A DNA stretch of 64,000 nt from Flaccisagitta enflata. Lineage: Eukaryota. The stretch is taken from positions 3,038,001-3,102,000 of the forward strand of contig OZ231126.1 in NCBI GenBank assembly GCA_965153355.1, written 5' to 3'. The translations under genes were made by a program, and so were the position numbers. A model generated the notes under the pieces. It searched no databases. It saw only the letters and a program-made list of their open reading frames with translations, and was not told where the DNA came from. Shown piece after piece: positions 26,101 to 36,781 of this stretch (the stretch's first letter is position 1; every line of letters starts with the position of its first letter).

Positions 26101-29100
26101 CTCCTTCAGGACTGCTACCCCATTATATTACCTCAATACCACAATATCTAATGATATCAATAAGGCATCGAGAACCGCTGACCATAATGACGCTTGTGCG
26201 GCCTGTTAAAAATTCTTTTCTTAAGATATCAGAGTATAAACTTTAAAAGAGCTTACTTAAAAAACAGATTAGGAATTCTATGAAGTTCGTACTCGCTTTT
26301 TATTTATATCACTGCATCATGCTAATTCGGTCCTATAGATCTTTTTTTTAAAACAGAATAACAACAACTTTTAATAAAAGAAAAATGATAAGGGTCCTAA
26401 AATCAACATTTGGTAAAAACAGTGAGCTAAAAGAAGCACCCAAGCGGCACGTATTTCTGTTCTTCTTTATCCTTTGGAATATGAGAGAGAGAAACTAGAA
26501 AAGGGTACAAACCTTAATACTGCAGAGGGTGTCAGCATTACGCCATGGTTGCCAAATATTGAACCATCATTCTTCTCAGTCATGTTCACCTACCAGTAAC
26601 AAAGAAGTACGCGGTACTGATTACATAGCTGACTTACTTTTGACAGAAAGAAAGTGAAAATATGAGACCGAAAAAAGAGAATTAGCAAGAAGCAGAAGGA
26701 CAGAAAATAAGAAAATAAGAAAAAAAAAAAGAAAAAAAGAAAAAAAGAAAAAAAGAAGCAAAAAGAGACATGGTCATATAGGTGATTCAGGCCGACAGCA
26801 TGTGAGCGTTACGTTGAGGAGAATTCACTTTTTTCATGGGGGGACTGAAAGTAGGGCCTGTACTTTTTTGTTTTGATTTAAAAAGTGTATTGTAAAAATT
26901 TCAGAGGTGTAAATGCCCTTAAACAATTGCCATATTGCACCTGAAAAATGGCTCATCCTTAAGGGAACCAAAACTTCAAAATAGTTTTTTTCTCAAATCT
27001 GAGGCCAGAGATTCAGATTCCTTGTAAAAAATTAAGTGAGATACCATATTTTCTTTTTTCAAAATTTTGTTTTTAAGCTGAAAAAATGCAAAAAACCTCC
27101 GAAAAACCTTAGTTTTTTAAAATGAGAGTTTTTTTTGTTTGAAGTTGCTCTTATCAATTTTAAGCAATGAAACGCACTTTACACAACAACAAGAGTTTTT
27201 CATGAGGAGTTCGATTCCGGCCTCAGTTGAGAGAAAAATGATTTTGAAATTTTGGTATCCTTAAGGCTGAGCGAATTCTCAAATACGATATGACAAAGCT
27301 GAGCGAATTCTCATATACGATATGACAATTGTTTAAAAACATTTACTTTGCTGCAATTTTTAGAATATATTACTTACATCAAATAAAAAAAATCTAGGCC
27401 CTCCTCTCAGTCCACGCATGAAAAAAAATGTTATCTCCTTAGCATAGTGAACGTTCCCGACCAACCGACGGACACGGCCTATGAATCTTGTACACGTCTC
27501 GAAAAAAAGAAAAAAAGATGGAAGGAAGGAAAGAAGGTAAGAAGGAAAGAAAGAACGAAAGTGACCAGAATAGAAAAAGTCAAGGAGAGAAACTAACCAA
27601 GAGACTTTTGTCAAAACACTCTTCTCTGCACTTAGCCTACCGTGACGCATAAATTGTCGATTAGCTCAAACAACTCTTTCGTTTTAAAGTCCATAATCTT
27701 AGCCACTTCCATGCCGTCAGACATTGATACAACCGACCCTAAAAAGTCATGACACGGCCCATAAATAGGCATAAATAGGCCGCTTTGTTAGCGGAAAGGT
27801 AGGTAGGTAGGTAGGTTATCCAGCAGTTAAACTAACTTAGGAAGAAACCCCCTCGAAAACTTCCGCATCACGTACTTCTTGCCCCATTACAGCTGGGCTC
27901 AATTTGGGCATCCCAAAGAAAATTCATTTCCACGCACTTTTCACGTTCCACTGGCGTAATTAGAGCCCGGTCTAAATGGAAAATTGATTTGGACTTGATC
28001 TAGGCACTCCGTAATCAATGCTCTAGTTGCATAGAATTAATTGCTGCAGTGATGAGATAAATTTCTTCTACAGTAATTCTATACAACTATAGCATTGATT
28101 ACGGAGCGCCTAGATCAAGTCCAAATTGATTTTCCGAGTAGATTGGGCTTTAGTTATACAAATCGAACATAAAAGTGCTTGGGAATCATTTTTAGTTGCG
28201 GACACGCCTTGTTCTTTTGAATGCCCACATTGTGCCCACTCTAATACAGAGTCACCTCCCGTTTAGTCCCTCTCCGACATATATTCAGCCCGCAAGGCTC
28301 CACCCGGGGTGCACCCCTATCATATCCCTGATCTGACCGGTGACCCGCGTCGTTTTGCTAAAGTTCGGTTGAGACAGCCATGAAGTCAATTAAATCATTT
28401 AACTCCCCGAGCCGTACCTTTTTGCTCATGTTCGTTGTACCATTCTTCGATTAGAACGGTTTTTTTGTTAAATAAATCATTAAACTCGACGATAGCGTGG
28501 AACTCCTGCGGCAGAGATGGACGCTCGGGCTGATGGGAGAAACTCGCGCCATCGACGGGACCAGCCGAAATTTCCCCGACGGTGGCGGAACTCTATGACA
28601 TAGCGGTTGAGATAGATCAGAGTCTTGCACTTATTTCTGCATCCCAAAAATGGCATAATTTCTAGAACAAGAATCGATTACAAAATTGTTCACCGTCACA
28701 CTTTACCATATATATATATCTATATAATCATGGAAATAAATTATTTCATTTGCTTGCATTGTGCTGTCCTAATTTTCACTTGCGGGACACGCAACACCAT
28801 AAGAGGCTCTGTCCGTCCGTTGGTCCGTCCAATCATGAGCACAGGTTGAAAAGTGGAGAAACAAGCGTCTTAAATGCTCTGTATACATGTGTGTGTTGGG
28901 TGAAAGACCTGGGGTGTCGATTGGGGTAGGGTGCCCCTGCCCACCCATCCGCAACAATATTGTGAACCCGCGTCATTTGTTGACTTTTGATATCGCTACA
29001 TGTTTCTTACATGTGAATAAATATGATATTGCATCTAGCGAGGAAATGGATGACCCATTTTACCAATTGTGTCCCATCTAACTCCACCCTACCCTATCAT

Positions 29101-29224
29101 CCAGAGTTGGCGACAATGCGGTGACGCCAACGATCAGTGACAGTGCTAAAACCGTGTAAAACGACGATGCGAAATTGCGAAGCTGGAGCAAATGTTTGTC
29201 CCCCATCATTTCGCAGTTTTCCAT
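8501..29224 (-). CDS. Secreted, putatively GPI-anchored protein with two ependymin/LolA-fold-like repeats; 15 coding exons, 694 aa
   Basis: Exons in transcript order: 29093-29224, 28418-28592, 27641-27738, 26513-26589, 21373-21590, 20861-20930, 20302-20422, 18681-18849, 17910-17987, 17521-17619, 17232-17321, 12660-12836, 11663-11851, 11063-11235, 8501-8719. All are GT-AG, phases are compatible, total 2085 nt, open to TAG. N-terminal hydrophobic signal FYTVLALSLIVGVTA; repeat motifs [89 protein letters not shown] stalk; terminal hydrophobic PTLLALLLMAPIFTAGQ*. The gene structure is well supported; the family name comes from my motif recall. Confidence 0.82.
8895..9441. mobile_element. hAT-superfamily MITE, copy 2 (same family as 7136-7752)
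   Basis: TIRs cagcgatgtatgg / ccatacatcgctg; 8-bp TSD tgtccgtc (8887-8894, 9442-9449); colinear with copy 1. Confidence 0.9.
9975..10800. mobile_element. Non-autonomous element(s) of the ggggccgctgccc family with 21-bp central repeats
   Basis: aaatggcccaaatccagg and ggcctcagagacccagatcct repeats; end motif cccttcggggccgctgccctgctccc..ggcacgggtaccgctaaccac. Confidence 0.6.
11282..11547. mobile_element. Tc1/mariner-type (pogo-like) MITE
   Basis: TIR ccgtattttctctaaaaagcgccc / gggcgctttttagagaaaatacgg, with TA on both sides. Confidence 0.85.
12941..13087 (-). mobile_element. HINE/DINE-1-like element
   Basis: aacaaggccggatacacggc, agtcgcggac subterminal repeat paired with gtccgcgactaaa, gacggacggac tract. 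Confidence 0.7.
13532..14734. mobile_element. Tc1/mariner-type MITE with ~200-bp TIRs; partial relatives at ~11955-12340 and ~19720-19910
   Basis: ta|cagtagatgtcgtctagacttgg ... ccaagtctagacgacatctactg|ta, with long inverted similarity (aaaaggatgctttattgcccatg / catgggcaataaagcatcctttt). Confidence 0.8.
14990..15460. mobile_element. gggcagcggcccc-family non-autonomous element (mirror ~62520-62975)
   Basis: gggcagtggctccaaaggggttgatgacctatgc start, gaggcccaaatccc repeats, gggcacgggtaccgctgaccatctaacgctttt end. Confidence 0.7.
15901..16664. mobile_element. Tc1/mariner-type MITE (mirror 61324-62076)
   Basis: ta|cagggaataccgcgtcaaa..caaaagaaaacga ... tcgttttcttttg..ggtattccctg|ta. Confidence 0.8.
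17775..18073. repeat. (CT)n and (AAG)n/(GA)n microsatellites flanking exon 9
   Basis: Direct inspection. Confidence 0.95.
20080..20270. repeat. Compound (GT)n microsatellite (mirror ~57712-57896)
   Basis: Direct inspection. Confidence 0.95.
21680..23340. repeat. Two diverged direct copies (~21680-22350 and ~22669-23340) of a ~670-bp interspersed repeat
   Basis: Both start taccaataaaggc..cgccgtaggaaaaaagtcgtaa and share gttcaaatagacttcaat, ttggcgtcatctgaaagaggag and ggactcaaaaag. Confidence 0.75.
25236..25393 (+). mobile_element. HINE/DINE-1-like element (agttgcggac variant; mirror ~52528-52687)
   Basis: tttttagttgcggacacgcaact hairpin, (gtcc/gtcg)n, gtccgcaact subterminal repeat, gccgtgtatccggc stem-loop, cttgtt. 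Confidence 0.75.
27920..28190. mobile_element. Short hairpin-forming MITE-like element (mirror ~49735-50005)
   Basis: ggaaaattgatttggacttgatctaggcactccgtaatcaatgct pairs with agcattgattacggagcgcctagatcaagtccaaattgattttcc. Confidence 0.7.
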
Positions 29225-29718
29225 TTATTTTATCCTCAATAAACGCGTTTTTAGACGCTAGCCAAGCGACCGAGCAAGAGGCTGTATCCCTGGGAAGATC
29301 GGAAAAGCGAAATTTGGGCCGAAATGAGCATTGCTGCCCCTGCCCTGCTATAGAAGTGCGGCCCTCGCAAACGTAAAACTGCCCACATCCAACGGCATCG
29401 CTGCCCCTGCCCACCCGCAAGCGACTACTCACTTAACGTGTGTACGGCCTTGGTTCTTAAAGACGAAGATGAAGGATAGACTCGTCGATGCAAACAGTTT
29501 CTGGCACAACCTGTAGCCTCCTTATCGCCTTTTCTCCGCTCAGCCTCCTTCGAATTATATCTTAAGATAATCTTCGCACGAGCTGAACTGTAATTAGGCG
29601 CTTATCGCTAATTAAGCGCCATTCGCTTATCCTTGGCCTCACATAATCGAAATCAATGAGTTAAGACATTTTTTCAGCCTTAAGGACCTGCTTCTTTGTC
29701 GATAATCCGTTTCGGCTA

Positions 29719-30943
29719 AAGTTCGTTATAATGTACTGATTTAAGTTTACTATGTAATTGCCACCCCTCACCCCAGCATGGAGGGGTGGCCAAGAGATAG
29801 CCTGAAATCATGGGGTGGCACTTGGGGTGGCCGGGGTGGCACTCAGGGTGGCATCTGGAATATAAAGATAGGTAAGTATAGGGATAGGAAAGTAAAGGGA
29901 TGGTTAAGTATAAGGATAAATAATAGATAAGTATAAGAAAAGGTAAGTATAAAGATAAGAAAGTATAGGGATAGGTCTGTATAGGGATAGGTAAGTATAG
30001 GGATAGGTAAGTATAGGGATAGGTAAGTATAGGGATGGGTAAGTATAGGGATAGATAAGTATAGGGATGGGTAAGTATAAGGATGGGTAAGTATAAGGAT
30101 GGGTAAATATAGGGATGGGTAAATATAAGAATAGATAAATATAGGGATGGGTAAATATAGGAATAGATAAATATAGGGATAGTTAAGTATAAGGATAGGT
30201 AAGTATAGGGATAGGTGAGTATCGGGATAAGTGAGTATAGGGATAGGTGGGTATAGGGATAGATGAGTTTAGGGATAAGTATGTATAGGGATAGGTTTGT
30301 AAAAGGATAGTTATGTATTAGGATAGGTTAGTGTTAAGTTTAGGGATAGGTAAGTATAAGGATAGTTAAAGGTAAATTAAGCATTAGGTATGTTCAATAT
30401 AAGCTAAGTTTAGCATGAGGTAAGTTTTGAATAAGGTAAATTTAGTATATAGTAAATTGTAGCCACCTTATCGCAGGGGTGTATATAATTCCATAACCTT
30501 TGATTATTTTCCCCAACTGCACTTTGATTTTCTTCATGCCTTTGTCCGCGTCGCAGTTTACCAAATCAATGTTTTCTTCCTCATAAACCACTAAAACTGG
30601 GTATTTAAGGTTTAAATAGTGTTAAATTGTGTTTAACTTATCATGTTTATGATTTTTTTACGCCCAGTTATATTTTCCCAGTTTTTCTCTTTTCCTCCTT
30701 CTTTTTCCTTCCCTTTCTCCAAACCCTTTGATTATTTTCCCTCCCCCACCGGGGGGGGAATACGAAACAATATACAGGCCTGCCTTATCGTTAAAGCCAC
30801 CCCGGCCACCCTGAGGTAGGTTCAGGCTGGAGTGGCACTTGGAGTGGCTGGGGTGGCACTTAGAGTGGCCGGGGTGGCTTCGGCCACCTCGAGTGCCACC
30901 CAGACTACTTTCTAAATTTAAATCAGTACATTATAACGAACTT
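29719..30943. mobile_element. TIR element with ggggtggc subterminal repeats and an internal 16-bp minisatellite (mirror ~46977-48204)
   Basis: TIR aagttcgttataatgtactgatttaa / ttaaatcagtacattataacgaactt; (gggataggtaagtata)n at ~29866-30365. Confidence 0.8.
30474..30782. mobile_element. hAT-type MITE nested in the 29719-30943 element
   Basis: 8-bp TSD ccttatcg (30466-30473, 30783-30790); imperfect TIR caggggtgtatat / atatacaggcctg. Confidence 0.85.
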
Positions 30944-31034
30944 GATCTAAAGTTTCTCTTGATGAGACCAACATCAGAGACATAGTGCATGCAAGGACTG
31001 AATTTCAAGATGTTGAGAGTTGAATTCACCTTTC

Positions 31035-31173
31035 ATTTTTAGTCGTGTGCACGCGACTCTACAACCGCTCTGTCCGTCTGTCTGTTGGTCCGTCCGTCGG
31101 TCACGCTTAGCTTTTTTTCACCGCCCCTGCCCACAAGCAAGCGACTAAGGTAGCCGTATATCCGGCCTTGTTT
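31035..31173 (+). mobile_element. HINE/DINE-1-like element (mirror ~46747-46883)
   Basis: tttttagtcgtgtgcacgcgact ... gtccgtctgtctg ... gccgtatatccggccttgtt. Confidence 0.75.
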
Positions 31174-31267
31174 ATCCAAATCCCTAAAATTACAAAGCCC
31201 CAAATATGTAAATTGCTGCATTCTGACGTGGTTTTTTTACTAGATTTTCATGATACAGAACAATATA

Positions 31268-33272
31268 CAGTACCGGAATCAAAGAACTGGTGATAAGGAG
31301 GGAAGCCATATCTTTCCAATTACAAGGATATGAGATCTGAAATTTTTCTGTAATTATGCCTATAGTACCCCCACCCCCCATAAGGGTTTGGAGCTGTTCC
31401 GGGCAATTTTTGTTTTTGGTTGTCAAAAAAATTTTTAAAAATTGTTGTATGTTCTAAAATTTATTTCAAAATTTTCTTTTATGTTAAATATAGAGTAATG
31501 CCGAACTATAAATTTCATTTTTTGAAAAATATTTTCCGATAATTTTTAAGGGAACGACACTAAAAAAACAAAAATTTCAAAAAAATGAAAAATAGTTATA
31601 ATTTCCTAAATAATTGGCTTAACATGATAATTTTTGGCATAAGTAGTCCTGAGAACCTTCAATGTGTATACCAAAATTTCAACAGTGTCATGGAATTGAA
31701 TTTTAAAGGAGTTATAGCATTTTGAAATTTTAATGATTTTTTATAAAAACCATTTTTTCCTATGAAATTTTTTTTTGTCAACCATTTTTCTTAAAATTTC
31801 ATATACAAACAAAGTAACAGATGAATTTTTGCTTCCAAAAAAAATTTGGCCATTGTGACCCCTTAAAAAAATTTTTCTCAAAAATTGCCAAAATGACCCC
31901 ACATTTTCAAAGTTGAATAAAAACTTTTCCTGTCATCCGATCATCTTCATTTTTGGTAAAGTTGTTACCTATTATCTACCCTAACTTCACCTAAAATTTG
32001 AGCTCACTGCGCCAAACGGTTGCGGAGATATTGACTTTCAAAATTACTTTGTCAGAGCAAAATCAGCAAAATTGACATTGTGGCCATTTTTGAGCTTGCA
32101 TAGAATTTCATTTTTTCTTCCAGAGACCTCCATTTTAGCTGAAGTTACTCGGGTTTAAGCATATATTCTATTCCAAAATTTCACACTTGTCAGCCAAGCC
32201 GTTTTAGGGATATGATGGTCCAAAGTTTTAAAAAATGCCAATTTTTCAATAAAATCTTCAGGAGAAAAATAAGCAAAAATTTTTCTCAAAATGGTTTTCA
32301 AAGGGGGGTTCAACACAATTGGGAATTATCTAATTCAACCAGATCCAAAACCCGGAGGACAACCTTTTTTTAAAAATTTTTTTGAAAAATTTTCCTTGCA
32401 ATCTTTGTTGAAAAATTAGTGTTTTTTGAAATTTTGGACCATCATATCCCTAAAATAGCTTGGCTGACAAGTGCGAAATTTTGGAATATGAATATATGCT
32501 TAAACCTTAGTAACTTCAGCTAAAATGGAGGTCTCTAGAAGAAAAAATAGAATTTTATACAAACTCAAAAATGGCCAAAATGCCAATTTTGCTGATTTTG
32601 CTCTGACAAAGTAACTTTGAACGTCAATATCTCCTGGCAGAACAACGATAAATAAATTTTAGGTGAAGTTAGGAGTAGTAATAGGTAACAACTCCATAAA
32701 TGAATGACTCGAATGGCAAGAACAGATTTATTCAACTGAAAAATGGGTCATTTAACAGTACGAGAAAACCATAAGGGTCTGATGGCAAATTTTTGAGCTG
32801 CAGTCATCAGTCTGATTTTAACTATGAGGTACAGAAAATGATTGACAAAAAATTTTATAGAGAAAAATGAATTTTACAAAAAATGTTAAAAATTTAAAAT
32901 CATATATCACCAAAATTCAACTATGACCTGTTGAAACTGCATACACGTGAAGGTTCTCAGAGACTATAAATATAAAAATATTAAACCAGTATTTAAGTAC
33001 ATATTTCTGAGGCCACACAGTCTGCAAATGACGAAAAGCTCTTGGCATCACTATATCTAACATAAGACAATTTTGAAATAAAACCACACAACATACAATA
33101 GCAATTTTTAGAAAAAAATTTTTGACAGCCAAAAACAAAAAATGCCAACTCAAACCCACTTATGAGGAATGAAGGCCTCTCAAATTGCACACCACAGAAA
33201 AGAATTTCAGATCCTTGTAATTGAAGAGATATGGCTTCCCTCCTTATCACCAGTTCTTTGATTCCGGTACTG
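31268..33272. mobile_element. ~2-kb fold-back Tc1/mariner-type non-autonomous element (mirror 44531-46651)
   Basis: ta|cagtaccggaatcaaagaactggtgataaggagggaagccatatc ... gatatggcttccctccttatcaccagttctttgattccggtactg|ta. Inverted similarity continues for ~1 kb per arm; no transposase ORF. Confidence 0.88.
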
Positions 33273-33922
33273 TATACGTTTGATCACCGTCGGAGCTTGA
33301 TACTGTCTCTGGCCAAGGAATCATCTAACCGGTATCTCTCTTGGTCTAACGGGTATCTCATTGACTAGTTTTCACTACCTTACCTCACTGCTACTCTAAC
33401 CGTTAAAACAAAAACAAACAAAAAAAAAACGCCAAGGAGACGAAGAAAAATCAGTACTCATGTATTCGTTTTTGATGCAGCGTATAAAGATATAGAAACT
33501 TTAGTTTTCTATAAATACAAGATATGGATCAAGAAGACACAATGTAAAGAATTCTTACTTTTCCCCTGCGGAAATCTGAAGGCTCAGCACAATTGAATGG
33601 AAAGCAAAGGGGAGGGGTAAGACTAGATGGAATGGGTGAAAGATTTTTCTTTAATGACATTGCAAAAAAGGGGCCCAAACATACTTGAAAATGTGGAATT
33701 AATCTACAAGTTTTTCCAGAATTAAAGATGTCAACCCCAATTTTCGAACCACAAACGTCCCCAGAAACTACCGGGCCCCTAGTCATAAAATCTGGCATGA
33801 ATCAACGTCATAGCCTGATATGTGTCAAACTTTTTGACCATTTTTTTTTTGGCCCACAGACTCCTGCGGAATTACACCCATAAGCTAGCACAACTCCGAC
33901 CAAAGATAGAAATTCAAATAAA

Positions 33923-34884
33923 TAACTATGGCAAAATAAAAAAAGACAGCAATTTTCAAAATGATATTGTGAGCTCATTTTAGAGCAGGCATAATTTTAG
34001 ACCCAGCGATAGTTTTGTACAAATTTGCTACCTAGCCAAAAAATCAGATCTTGAAAAAGTTGATTTTTGCACCCATAGCATTGATTTTTGCAAAATTTGG
34101 CCATTGAACAATTGCCGAGTTGGTTTCAGTTTCAGTTTAGACCTAACTTTGAAAATTAGCTGTGAGCTCAATTTTTGGAGCAAGATCAAAAGTTTCTAGA
34201 TGGTGATAGCATGTCAAATTTCTGACACAGCAAAAAAATCAGAGCTCAAAAAAGTTTATTTTTGTAGCTGTAACATCAATTTTTGTAAAATCAATTGAAG
34301 TTGGATGGCCAAAATGAAAAAAACATTTATCTAGAAATGATTTTAAATGTTCATTTTTTTTAGTAGCTTCACATTTATTTTTTTAGTTGATAGTATAACA
34401 AGTTTTTGGCACAGCAAAAAAATCAGAACTCAAAAAAGTGTATTATTGCATCGGTATCATCAATTTTTGTAAATTGACCTCAAATAAAAAGTCTAGTACT
34501 GTTATCTAGTTTTAAAAGATTTTACAAGAATTGATGTAGAAGGTACAAAAATACACTTTTTTGAATTCTGATTTTTTGTATGTGTCATGTTTGACCTGCT
34601 ATGCTTAGTCTCAAAAGCATTGATCTTGCTCTGAGATTGAGCTCACGGTAAATTTTGAGTTGGATTTGGCTTCAAGAGCCTGTTAGAAGCAATGGTTCAA
34701 TTGATAAAAAATTTTGCAAAACTCCAATGCAGGCGCAAAAATCAACTTTTTCAAGATCTGATTTTTTAACCAGGTAGCAAATTTGACAAACTATCATAGT
34801 CTAAAAAATTATAAAGCTGCTCTGAAAAATGAGTTCACAATATCATTTTGAAAATTACTGTCTTTTTTTATTTTGCCATAGTTA
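33923..34884. mobile_element. ~960-bp palindromic MITE-like element with internal subrepeats (mirror ~42926-43880)
   Basis: taactatggcaaaataaaaaaagacag.aattttcaaaatgatattgtgag pairs with cacaatatcattttgaaaattactgtctttttttattttgccatagtta; repeated cacagcaaaaaaatcagarctcaaaaaagt motif. Confidence 0.75.
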
Positions 34885-35712
34885 GTAGGTAATGGAATTA
34901 GAAATTATCCAAGGAGGATTCCTGCCAATTCTAAAACGTATTGGCCCAGTAGTCTCTTCTGACGACATGTGTGGTTCAAAAATCGACGTTGGCATCTTTA
35001 GTTGTGGGAAAACCTGAAGACCTTTCCAATAGTGATTATAACTAGGATAGTGCAGGAAGTTGTAATCGTAATATGATACCGTAAGGGAATCGTAGTTGGC
35101 ATTATTTTTCCTATCGACTAGACGAGCGATAACCATGAGGTACCAAGCTCCAAGCATAGTAACATTTTGCGATCTATCATTACTATCAATTGTAGAAGTA
35201 ACGGGTACGAAACGCCGTGACACGCAAAAATTTTAAAATCGCGAGGAGTCAAACGGGCAAACACGTTTCAATCGTTGTTGGCTGAGCCCTCAGCTTTACG
35301 CATTAGTGACACTTGGAAGGGGGGGGGGCGGGGAAAAGAGCAAGCATACATAAAAGGAAAACATACGTACGATCAAAGGAAATGAAACAAAGGACAAATA
35401 TTGTCGAAGCAATGTGGTAATTCTTTTCTTAATTCAGTTTAATCTGCGTATTCATAATTCCTAATTGGTTTTTTTCTACGCGGCAATTTAGCACTCGATT
35501 GCGTGAGGAGTCAAGCCATTCAAGGATCGTTTCCGTAGGCCTTAAATAAATTGAAAATATGAAATAGGTTAAAAGATTATGGGAAACCGCAGAAGCTCTT
35601 ATTAGCGCTTATGAAATTGAAATGACATCCAGTATAAAATGTCGGTATTATCGTTTTACCCTCCAACTATGTGTCTAAAACAGACCTTTTTTTACTTGGA
35701 TTTTGTTTTTAA

Positions 35713-35840
35713 TTTTAGGTGCGACAAAGCACCTCTATAACTGGCTGTGTCCGTCGGTCGGTCTGTCAGTTGGTCGGTCGGGTAACGTATTCGTTCGACG
35801 ATCCACACGTCGCACCTTATTGGCCTACTTGGCCTCGTTT
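35713..35840 (+). mobile_element. HINE/DINE-1-like element (aggtgcgac variant; relative at 15713-15841)
   Basis: ttttaggtgcgacaaagcacct hairpin; gtcgcacct subterminal repeat; ggcctacttggcc stem-loop. Confidence 0.7.
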
Positions 35841-35847
35841 TATTTTA

Positions 35848-36485
<638 letters not shown>

Positions 36486-36520
36486 TGCACAGATGCCGTT
36501 CTCAGCCAGTCTAAACCATT

Positions 36521-36749
36521 TTACAGCTGTTCGTTTGGCATGATCTTTCTAAGACTCACTTGAGTTATTCGAGGGGGAAGTTGCAACGTGCAGCACATGA
36601 TTCCCGCAATGTTTCTGGACACCTGAAAGAGACGCATAATGAATATTGAATAGCAAGTCTATTGACTTCGATAGGCGCCTAATTACCGAGATTTCTAAAG
36701 AGAAAGGATAGCGAAAAGTATTATAATAGTAAAATGGAAGCAGAAGCGG

Positions 36750-36781
<32 letters not shown>

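Noticed and set aside
29866..30365. G-rich TAGGG-containing array as a telomeric repeat
   Set aside because: It has a degenerate 16-bp unit enclosed within a TIR element and is not a canonical telomere tract.
31268..33272. Autonomous transposon or transposase gene
   Set aside because: No DDE/D, hAT, reverse-transcriptase or Rep/helicase coding sequence was recognised here or elsewhere in the window.
34882..35223. 113-aa ORF and 33529-33798 ORF, each present twice
   Set aside because: The recurrence is only due to the palindrome; no motif or splice support that I can see.
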